Shown here: one piece after another, positions 9,150 to 16,831 of the stretch | How positions within the stretch are numbered: the stretch's first letter is position 1 | Layout of the letters: every line of letters starts with the position of its first letter | From: an uncultured Porphyromonadaceae bacterium | GTDB taxonomy: Bacteria > Bacteroidota > Bacteroidia > Bacteroidales > Muribaculaceae | Length of the DNA: 40,848 bases | NCBI GenBank assembly: GCA_947176285.1 | Contig: CAMWQF010000001.1 | Span: 1 to 40,848, forward strand | Direction of reading: 5' to 3' | The notes under the pieces: model-generated | Seen by the model: only the letters and a program-made list of their open reading frames with translations | The model's database searches: none | What the model was told of the DNA's origin: nothing | Program-made: the position numbers and the translations under genes

Positions 9150-10871
9150 ATGGAAGAGAAGATAACCGGTTCGGAGATATTGATCCGTGCTTTGGCTGAT
9201 AATGGGGTAGATTGCGTTTTCGGCTATCCCGGTGGTCAGATTATGCCGGTCTACGACAAAATATATGAAAACGAGCAAGGTGTGTTCCATTATCTTGCAC
9301 GCCATGAGCAGGGTGCCATACATGCTGCAGAAGGATATGCACGTGCCACAGGGAGAACCGGGGTAGTTATCACCACTTCAGGCCCCGGCGCTATGAACCT
9401 TCTTACCGGTTTGGCAGATGCCTTGATGGACAGCACTCCTATTGTGGCGATCTCCGGTCAGGTAGGCAGTGCAATGCTCGGAAAGGATGCTTTTCAAGAA
9501 AGCGATGTGATTTCCAGTGTGCTTCCTGTCACAAAATGGGCGCTTCAGGTGCGTCGTCCCGAAGATATTGCTCCTGCTCTGAGCCGAGCATTCTATATTG
9601 CTAATTCCGGTAGGCCGGGTCCTGTAGTGATCGATCTTGCACGCGATGCGCAAGTAGGAACGGCTGTGTATGAAAAGCAAACCATTCCCTTCATCCGCAG
9701 TTATAATTCAAATCCTGAACCGGAAAAAGAAGCAATTGAGGAAGCAGCCAGACTCATCAACGATTCAAAGCGCCCACTGGTGCTGGCAGGGCATGGAATC
9801 ATGATATCCGGTGCGGAGAAAGTGCTTGCTGATCTTGTAGAGAAAGGAGAACTTCCAGTAGGCACCACTATGCTTGGACTTTCTTCCATTCCATCAGACC
9901 ATCCTCAGTATGTAGGGATGCTTGGCATGCACGGCAATCTCGGACCAAATATCAACACCAACCATGCCGATGTAATACTTGCAGTAGGCATGCGTTTCGA
10001 CGATCGCGTGACCGGTGATATCAAGAAATATGCACCGAATGCTAAGATAATACACATCGACATCGACGAGAGTGAGTTCGACAAGATGATAAAGTGCGAT
10101 ATTCATTTGCATTCAGATGCCCGGAAGACACTGGAATATCTCCTGCCTTTGATTGAGAGAAAATCCCGCAAAGATTGGCGAGCATCCTTCGACGTGCATC
10201 GTCTGGTGGAAGAAGAGCAAGTGATGGCACGTGAACTTGCTTGTGAGGCACCTAACGGCAAGATGCTTATGGGAGGCGTAGTAAGAAAGGTTTGTGAGGC
10301 ATTTGGCAATGATGCTGTAATAGTAACGGATGTTGGCCAGAACCAGATGTTTGCGGTGAAATATTCCAAGTTCAATAAAAGCCGCAGTTTGATATCATCA
10401 GGAGGACTTGGCACTATGGGATTCGGACTTCCGGCAGCCATAGGTGCAAAAATTGGAGAACCAAATAGGGAGGTTGTCCTCTTCTGTGGTGACGGTGGCT
10501 TGCAGATGACTATAGAAGAACTTGGCATGATAATGGAATATGGTGTGGGCGTAAAGATTGTATTGCTCAACAATAACTTCTTGGGGAATGTACGCCAGTG
10601 GCAACACCTATTCTTCAAGAGCCGCTATAGCAGCACTCCAATGGTTAACCCCGATTTTAAGATGCTTGCCGCTGCCTACGGAATAAAAGGAGCGGATGTG
10701 GCGTGTGCCGCTGAACTTGATGCTGCTATTGAAGAAATGCGCAAGTGTGAAGGTGCGTATCTTCTTAACGTCAACATTGATGAGACCGACATGGTGTTTC
10801 CCATGACTCCGGGAGGAAATGGAGTTGATGAGATATTGCTCAATGAATCTGAATATTATAAACCTGTCTGA
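9150..10871 (+). CDS. ilvB: Acetolactate synthase large subunit
   Basis: FGYPGG, RHEQGA, TSGPGA, ThDP motif GDGG...NN. Confidence 0.97.
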   Translation: MEEKITGSEILIRALADNGVDCVFGYPGGQIMPVYDKIYENEQGVFHYLARHEQGAIHAAEGYARATGRTGVVITTSGPGAMNLLTGLADALMDSTPIVAISGQVGSAMLGKDAFQESDVISSVLPVTKWALQVRRPEDIAPALSRAFYIANSGRPGPVVIDLARDAQVGTAVYEKQTIPFIRSYNSNPEPEKEAIEEAARLINDSKRPLVLAGHGIMISGAEKVLADLVEKGELPVGTTMLGLSSIPSDHPQYVGMLGMHGNLGPNINTNHADVILAVGMRFDDRVTGDIKKYAPNAKIIHIDIDESEFDKMIKCDIHLHSDARKTLEYLLPLIERKSRKDWRASFDVHRLVEEEQVMARELACEAPNGKMLMGGVVRKVCEAFGNDAVIVTDVGQNQMFAVKYSKFNKSRSLISSGGLGTMGFGLPAAIGAKIGEPNREVVLFCGDGGLQMTIEELGMIMEYGVGVKIVLLNNNFLGNVRQWQHLFFKSRYSSTPMVNPDFKMLAAAYGIKGADVACAAELDAAIEEMRKCEGAYLLNVNIDETDMVFPMTPGGNGVDEILLNESEYYKPV

Positions 10872-10875
10872 AGCC

Positions 10876-11412
10876 ATGGAAGAACAATTGTTTACAATAG
10901 CGGTATTTACCGAAAACAGAGTTAGTCTGCTGCATCAGATTTCCATGATATTCAGCCGTCGCTGCCTAAATATAGAAAGTCTGACAGTGAGTGCTTGCTC
11001 AATAGAGGGAGTGCACAAGTTCACGATCACTTGTAGGTCGAATCGCCCTATGATGGAGCATGTGATAAAGCAGATTGAGAAGAGAATAGACGTGATAAAG
11101 GCATTCTTGTATACAGATGATGAGATTCTTTTTCAGGAGGTGGCTCTTTATAAAGTGCCTACGGATAATGTTGTCAATATGAATATTGAGGAGATAGTTC
11201 GTAAGCATGGGGCACGAGTGCTCGAGATTCATCCGGATTACACTGTATTCGAGAAAACGGGCCACACTCACGAAATCAAGGAACTATACGATCATCTTAA
11301 GCCTTTTGGAATCCGCCAATTTGTAAGGTCAGGGCGCGTGGCTGTTACCCGGTCATCTCGCGAACTTGTCGATGAGTTTCTGGAGCAGCGGAGTAAGTGC
11401 ATATTAGACTAA
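10876..11412 (+). CDS. ilvN: Acetolactate synthase small (regulatory ACT) subunit
   Basis: FSRRCLNIESL, VRSGRVA; start moved to ATG 10876, just after the ilvB stop. Confidence 0.93.
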   Translation: MEEQLFTIAVFTENRVSLLHQISMIFSRRCLNIESLTVSACSIEGVHKFTITCRSNRPMMEHVIKQIEKRIDVIKAFLYTDDEILFQEVALYKVPTDNVVNMNIEEIVRKHGARVLEIHPDYTVFEKTGHTHEIKELYDHLKPFGIRQFVRSGRVAVTRSSRELVDEFLEQRSKCILD

Positions 11413-11483
11413 TTAGACAAATTAGACTAATTGGACTAATAAGACTAATTGGACTAATAAGACTAAGTGGACCAATTGGACCA
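11403..11483. repeat. Nine copies of 9-bp unit, consensus ATTRGACTA
   Basis: attagacta attagacaa attagacta attggacta ataagacta attggacta ataagacta agtggacca attggacca; first copy overlaps ilvN end; AAAATTC x3 follows at 11495-11514. Confidence 0.95.
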
Positions 11484-11522
11484 ATCAATAAATAAAAATT
11501 CAAAATTCAAAATTAATATATT

Positions 11523-12566
11523 ATGGCAAAAATGAAATTCGGCGCAGTTGAGGAGACTGTTGTCACAAGAGAGGAGTTTCCTCTTGAGAAAGCACGTGAG
11601 ATATTGAAAGATGAAACTATTGCAGTGATTGGATATGGCGTTCAGGGTCCCGGCCAGAGCCTCAATCTCCGCGACAATGGTTTCAACGTTATCGTTGGCC
11701 AACGTGAAGGCAAAACTTATGACAAGGCTGTTGCCGATGGTTGGGTACCGGGTAAGACACTTTTCTCGATCGAGGAAGCTTGCGAGAAAGGCACTATCAT
11801 CATGTGTCTCCTTTCTGATGCTGCTGTTCTTTCTGTATGGCCCACAATCAAGAAGCATCTCACTGCAGGCAAGGCTCTATATTTCTCCCATGGTTTTGCA
11901 ATCGCATGGCCGGAACGCACAGGCGTTGTGCCTCCTGCCGACGTTGATGTTATCCTTGTGGCTCCAAAGGGAAGCGGCACTTCACTCCGCACAATGTTCC
12001 TTGAGGGTCGCGGCTTGAATTCAAGCTATGCCATTGAGCAGGACTACACCGGAAAAGCGCTTGAGCGTACACTTGCCCTTGCAATCGGTATAGGTTCCGG
12101 CTATATCTTCGAGACCACATTCAAGCGCGAGGCATACAGTGATCTGACCGGAGAACGTGGCAGCCTTATGGGTGCAATTCAGGGTCTTTTCCTTGCTCAG
12201 TATGAAGTGCTGCGTGAAAATGGTCATACACCTTCAGAGGCATTTAACGAGACTGTAGAGGAACTCACTCAGTCGCTCATGCCTCTTGTAGCCAAGAAAG
12301 GTATGGACTGGATGTATGCTAACTGTTCTACGACAGCCCAGCGTGGTGCTCTTGACTGGATGACTCCTTTCCATGATGCCATCAAGCCGGTGATGCAGCA
12401 ACTCTACAAGAGCGTGGCAGACGGCATTGAGGCTCAGAATTCTATTGACAGCAACTCCAAGCCTGACTATCGCGAAGGTCTTGAGAAAGAACTTAAAGAT
12501 CTCCGCGAAAGCGAGATGTGGCAAGCAGGCGCAGTAGTGCGCGGCTTGCGTCCGGAAGGAAATTGA
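11523..12566 (+). CDS. ilvC: Ketol-acid reductoisomerase
   Basis: IGYGVQG, FSHGF, SDLTGERGSLMG, NCSTTAQRG. Confidence 0.97.
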   Translation: MAKMKFGAVEETVVTREEFPLEKAREILKDETIAVIGYGVQGPGQSLNLRDNGFNVIVGQREGKTYDKAVADGWVPGKTLFSIEEACEKGTIIMCLLSDAAVLSVWPTIKKHLTAGKALYFSHGFAIAWPERTGVVPPADVDVILVAPKGSGTSLRTMFLEGRGLNSSYAIEQDYTGKALERTLALAIGIGSGYIFETTFKREAYSDLTGERGSLMGAIQGLFLAQYEVLRENGHTPSEAFNETVEELTQSLMPLVAKKGMDWMYANCSTTAQRGALDWMTPFHDAIKPVMQQLYKSVADGIEAQNSIDSNSKPDYREGLEKELKDLRESEMWQAGAVVRGLRPEGN

Positions 12567-12575
12567 TTCAATGCT

Positions 12576-12621
12576 TTAGTCAATTAGTCTAATTAGACCA
12601 ATTAGACTAATTAGTCCAATA
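12576..12621. repeat. 9-bp array (ATTAGWCYA) between convergent ilvC and ribD
   Basis: attagtcta attagacca attagacta attagtcca at 12583-12618 plus partial flanks. Confidence 0.9.
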
Positions 12622-12625
12622 AATC

Positions 12626-13489
12626 CTACAATGTGGGGGCTGGGAGACCGGCTCCCAATTTTTTTTCGGCTGTCTCTATTTTGATGTCGTCATAAAGGCC
12701 AAGGTCAATAAAACTTTGCAGCAATGTGGGTCCTCCCTCCACCATCAAAGATGTCACGCCTTCTTTGTAAAGTTCCCTCATCTGGGCTTCAAGATCATGG
12801 CGGGGTTCCACTCGGCGTGGTGCATTACCGGGCCAGTGGCGGCAATTGAGACTCGGTTTGTCGATCTTAAGGGTATTTTTCCCTACCATTATGGCATCTA
12901 CCATAGAGCGTCGGCGATGCATCCAGACTGATGATACAGGAGTGGAAAATTTCACGGGGAATGGATTTCCATCTTTGTCTAACCCTGCCATGAAGCCATC
13001 GGCGCTTTGTGCCCATTTCAATTGAATCCAAGGGCGTCCAAGCCGATGAGCCGTAAGGAATCTGACATTTAGGGCATCGCACTCCTCCCTCATTACATCC
13101 TCCACAACCTCTACTCCGGCATCACGTAGCATCTTTATTCCTCTGCCACTTACCTCCTTGAAAGGATCGGCACTTCCTACTACAACTCGGGGAATCCCGA
13201 TGTCAATAATTAGTTTTGCGCAAGGAGGAGTTTTTCCGTAATGTGAGCATGGTTCGAGAGTGACATATATGGTGGAATCAGATAGCAAATGTTTGTCGGA
13301 ATCCTTCACAGAATTAACTGCGTTAACTTCTGCGTGAGGTCCGCCATAACGATGATGATAGCCTTCACCTATTATTTTGCCATCTGCAGCCACAATAACC
13401 GCTCCCACCATTGGATTCGGGGATACAAGCCCTTCTCCAAGTCTTGCGAGTTGCAATGCTCGCTGCATATATTTAGTGTCTATCTGCAT
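12626..13489 (-). CDS. ribD: Bifunctional riboflavin deaminase/reductase RibD (short reductase domain)
   Basis: PNPMVG, HAE, TLEPCSHYGKTPPC, KWAQSADG, VEGG. Confidence 0.95.
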   Translation of the reverse strand: MQIDTKYMQRALQLARLGEGLVSPNPMVGAVIVAADGKIIGEGYHHRYGGPHAEVNAVNSVKDSDKHLLSDSTIYVTLEPCSHYGKTPPCAKLIIDIGIPRVVVGSADPFKEVSGRGIKMLRDAGVEVVEDVMREECDALNVRFLTAHRLGRPWIQLKWAQSADGFMAGLDKDGNPFPVKFSTPVSSVWMHRRRSMVDAIMVGKNTLKIDKPSLNCRHWPGNAPRRVEPRHDLEAQMRELYKEGVTSLMVEGGPTLLQSFIDLGLYDDIKIETAEKKLGAGLPAPTL

Positions 13490-13506
13490 AGTTGCTTAAT
13501 TTTATG

Positions 13507-13538
13507 CAAAAATAGTCATAATTTGGGAGATTTGCAAG
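13507..13538 (-). promoter_or_regulatory. ribD promoter
   Basis: CTTG-N20-TATTTTTG on the minus strand. Confidence 0.7.
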
Positions 13539-13546
13539 AGGGGTAC

Positions 13547-13592
13547 GACTAATAGGACTAATGAGTCTAATAAGGCTAATAAGACTAATAGA
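13547..13592. repeat. 9-bp array in the divergent ribD/bam-operon spacer
   Basis: gacta ataggacta atgagtcta ataaggcta ataagacta ataga. Confidence 0.9.
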
Positions 13593-13765
13593 ACGAAGAA
13601 AATCGGGGCTTTAGAGGAGGTTTTGTCATATCAGATTACTAAAAGTTGTTAAAAAAGGGGGAAATGGATGAGAAAGAGTAAAAAAGTTGGGGTTTAATGG
13701 CGGTTTATTTGGCAAATAATGTTAATTTTGCAGATTGAAACCACACGCATTTGCGTTAAAAAGAT

Positions 13766-15295
13766 ATGCTTGTGAATATAAAGAGCTCATTATTAAATCG
13801 TTTGGTGCTGTCAGCATGCGCTTTGCTGTTGATAGTAGGTATGTCATCGTGCAATAAGAAGACAGATACTGAAGAGAGTATATATATGCCTGCCTCATCT
13901 GTGGCAATCACAGGATTTAGTTTGAAATCGAAAGCCGGATCAAAAGTAAAGCTTGATTCCATATTCTTTTCGATAGATCTAAACCATGGAGTAATATTTA
14001 ATGCAGATTCACTCCCGGTTGGGACCGACGTGACTAAATTGGTGCCTGTGATAAACTATACATCATCGGCTTCTGCCGTCACACTCACACAGAGTGGTGG
14101 AAAGACAACCGGAGAGATCGACTACAAATCGAATCCTAATGATACAGTTGATTTCTCGGGCAAGGTCGTTCTTAAAATTACAGCAGAAGACAAAACGACT
14201 ACACGTTCCTATAATATTAAGGTAAATGTGCATAAGGTTGAGCCTGACTCCCTCGTATGGGATCGCCTTGCTGTCACTCCTATGCCTTCGCGTCTTGGAT
14301 CGCCAAAGAATCAGAAGACTGTAAAGTTTAACGACACTACATATAGTCTTATAGAAGAGACCGACGGTAGTTATACAATGGCAGTTGCTACTGATTTGCT
14401 TGCCGGAGAATGGGATAAGCGTCTAGCCTCTTTTGATTTCGCGCCAAATGTGAGGACCCTTAATTCTACTTCCGACAAATTGTATATCCTTGATGCCGCA
14501 GGAGTCCTGCATGCCTCTTCTGATGGCATGGCGTGGGAAAATACCGGCAATACATGGGTGAATATCATCGGGGCTTACGATGATAAGATTCTTGGAATCC
14601 GCCGAGAAGGGGGCAAACTCTTGCATACTATGTGGCCCGCTGATTCAGCGCATCCGGAAAAGGAAATAAGCAAAGATTTCCCAATCGAGGGATATTCAGA
14701 TTTTGTGAAGTATAGCAATCGCTGGACCACACTTCCAATCGGCTTCATGTGTGGAGGCCGCTGTGAGGATGGCTCTGTCATTGATAAGACCTGGGGCTAC
14801 GATGGCGACAATTGGGCAGTACTTTCAGAAGGGATGACGCCGAAATTGGAGGGTGCCACAATAGTGCCATATTTCGTTTATCGCAAGACTTCTTCAGCAC
14901 TTGTGCAGAAAGACTTTTCAGTTTGGATGCTGATTGGAGGCATGGTGGATGAAGGATACTATAATTTCCAGATCTACGTGTCGTATGACAACGGTGTAAA
15001 TTGGTATGCTGCCGACGATCAGATGGATTTCCCCGATTATTTCCCCGGATTGATGAATCTTGATGGGATAGAGGTAGAATGGCCCAAACAGGCGTCATTA
15101 AAGGGAAATTGGAGTGAAGTGACTCGTGCAAATCTTCCAGGGATGGCACGTATCAAATATTCCGTAGAGGATTATGAAGTATATTGGGATTGTCCCTACA
15201 TATATTTATTTGGAGGAATTGAGGAAAGCGGTTCTCTAAATGATGAGATTTGGAGAGGCGTTCTCAACCGGTTGACATTCGTTCCACAGTTCTAA
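13766..15295 (+). CDS. DUF6242-type lipoprotein at the head of the bamA operon
   Basis: Lipobox MSSC followed by acidic NKKTDTEE; IFNADSLPVGT and VNVHKVEPDSLVW motifs; TAATTTTG -7 box at 13723-13730. Confidence 0.75.
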   Translation: MLVNIKSSLLNRLVLSACALLLIVGMSSCNKKTDTEESIYMPASSVAITGFSLKSKAGSKVKLDSIFFSIDLNHGVIFNADSLPVGTDVTKLVPVINYTSSASAVTLTQSGGKTTGEIDYKSNPNDTVDFSGKVVLKITAEDKTTTRSYNIKVNVHKVEPDSLVWDRLAVTPMPSRLGSPKNQKTVKFNDTTYSLIEETDGSYTMAVATDLLAGEWDKRLASFDFAPNVRTLNSTSDKLYILDAAGVLHASSDGMAWENTGNTWVNIIGAYDDKILGIRREGGKLLHTMWPADSAHPEKEISKDFPIEGYSDFVKYSNRWTTLPIGFMCGGRCEDGSVIDKTWGYDGDNWAVLSEGMTPKLEGATIVPYFVYRKTSSALVQKDFSVWMLIGGMVDEGYYNFQIYVSYDNGVNWYAADDQMDFPDYFPGLMNLDGIEVEWPKQASLKGNWSEVTRANLPGMARIKYSVEDYEVYWDCPYIYLFGGIEESGSLNDEIWRGVLNRLTFVPQF

Positions 15296-15301
15296 CAGCA
15301 G

Positions 15302-15985
15302 ATGAAAATCCTAACGCCTGTCATATTGATGATAGTGATGCTTTGCATTGTGCCTCGGGTCCAAGCGCAGGAAGACTATCGTTTTGATGCCGGTGGTGGT
15401 ATCGGAATGACGGGGTATTTAGGTGATGCTAATGCTGCTAATCTATGGAGTCATCCGGGATTTGATGGAATGCTTCTCTTCAGATACATCAAAAGTCCGC
15501 GGATCGCTTTTAAAACCGGATTTTATGCCGGAACTCTCTCCGGCGACACCAAGGATATGGATGATGTGCTTCCAGATGAAGGGCATTTTAAGTTTTCCAC
15601 TACATTCTTCGAACTTTCGGAGATGTTTGAGTTCAATTTCTTCAATTATGGAATTGGGGAGAAATACCGGAAACTTAAACGCTGGAGTCCTTATATTACA
15701 GGAGGACTCGGAGCCACAATGTGGTTGACATCAGGCTATACGGGATTTGCTTTCACGATTCCTTTTGGAATCGGAGCGAAATATAAGATCAGTGAAAGAC
15801 TGAACTTGGGATTGGAATTTTTAATGAAAAAGACCTTTTCCGACCGTCTTGACGGGACAGAACTTTCCGATCCTCATGCGATAAAGTCGGGGTTTGCTAA
15901 GAACACCGATTGGTATTCCACACTATCCGTGACATTGAGCTATGAGTTTTCTAAGCGATGTGCCACTTGTAATTATAAAGACTAA
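15302..15985 (+). CDS. porG: DUF6089/PorG-like OM beta-barrel
   Basis: GYLGD and DWYS motifs, C-terminal CATC; same position before uppS-bamA-ompH-ompH as porG in Porphyromonas. Confidence 0.6.
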   Translation: MKILTPVILMIVMLCIVPRVQAQEDYRFDAGGGIGMTGYLGDANAANLWSHPGFDGMLLFRYIKSPRIAFKTGFYAGTLSGDTKDMDDVLPDEGHFKFSTTFFELSEMFEFNFFNYGIGEKYRKLKRWSPYITGGLGATMWLTSGYTGFAFTIPFGIGAKYKISERLNLGLEFLMKKTFSDRLDGTELSDPHAIKSGFAKNTDWYSTLSVTLSYEFSKRCATCNYKD

Positions 15986-15996
15986 CAATCTCCGTA

Positions 15997-16752
15997 ATGG
16001 AAACACTTGAAGATATACTGGGCAGGCTTGACATGACGAGAATTCCTCGGCATGTTGCAATGATAATGGATGGTAATGGTCGTTGGGCTAAAAACCGTGA
16101 TAAGGTAAGAAGTGACGGCCACTACGAAGGAATTACCAGTGTGCATAATGTCACGGCATTATCGTCCGACCTTGGTATGGAATATCTAACGCTATATGCC
16201 TTCAGCACTGAAAATTGGAATCGTCCTAAAGAAGAGGTAGACACATTGATGACCATCATTGGATGGGCTATAGCAAGAGAACTCCCTGAACTTCTTCAGA
16301 ACAATGTGAAGATCAATCTGCTTGGAGATATAGAGAGAGTGCCGGAGGGACCTCGCGCTGAACTTTACGACTCACGCGACAAGACATCTCATTGCACCGG
16401 CTTGCAACTGAATATTTGCATAAGTTATTCCTCAAGGTGGGAGATTGCGGATGCTGCCAGGAGGTTGGCTCAAGAGGTGGCAGAAGGAAAACTCAATCCT
16501 GACGATATAGATGAAACTGTATTCAGCAATCACCTTGCCACAGCGGGAATGCCCGATCCCGACCTTTTGATACGCACAGGAGGTGAAGAGAGAATCAGCA
16601 ACTATCTTCTCTGGCAAATTGCTTACAGTGAGCTTTATTTCACTCCGGTGCTTTGGCCCGATTTCGGCAAGAAGGAATATGCGCTCGCCTTGATCGACTA
16701 TCAGCAACGAGAACGGCGATTTGGAAAAACTTCCGAACAAGTAGCACAATGA
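15997..16752 (+). CDS. uppS: Undecaprenyl diphosphate synthase
   Basis: IMDGNGRWA, FSTENWNRP, RTGGEERISNYLLWQ, RRFG. Confidence 0.97.
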   Translation: METLEDILGRLDMTRIPRHVAMIMDGNGRWAKNRDKVRSDGHYEGITSVHNVTALSSDLGMEYLTLYAFSTENWNRPKEEVDTLMTIIGWAIARELPELLQNNVKINLLGDIERVPEGPRAELYDSRDKTSHCTGLQLNICISYSSRWEIADAARRLAQEVAEGKLNPDDIDETVFSNHLATAGMPDPDLLIRTGGEERISNYLLWQIAYSELYFTPVLWPDFGKKEYALALIDYQQRERRFGKTSEQVAQ

Positions 16753-16797
16753 TTATAAGAGTTATAAATCTTATAAGTCTTATAAATCTTATAATTA
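16753..16797. repeat. Five 9-bp units TTATAA-nnn directly after the uppS stop
   Basis: ttataagag ttataaatc ttataagtc ttataaatc ttataatta. Confidence 0.9.
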
Positions 16798-16831
16798 TTA
16801 TTGAAATTTCTGACAACTTGACAACAAAGAT

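Noticed and set aside
11403-11483. CRISPR array
   Set aside because: Units are contiguous 9-mers with no unique spacers, and no cas genes are present
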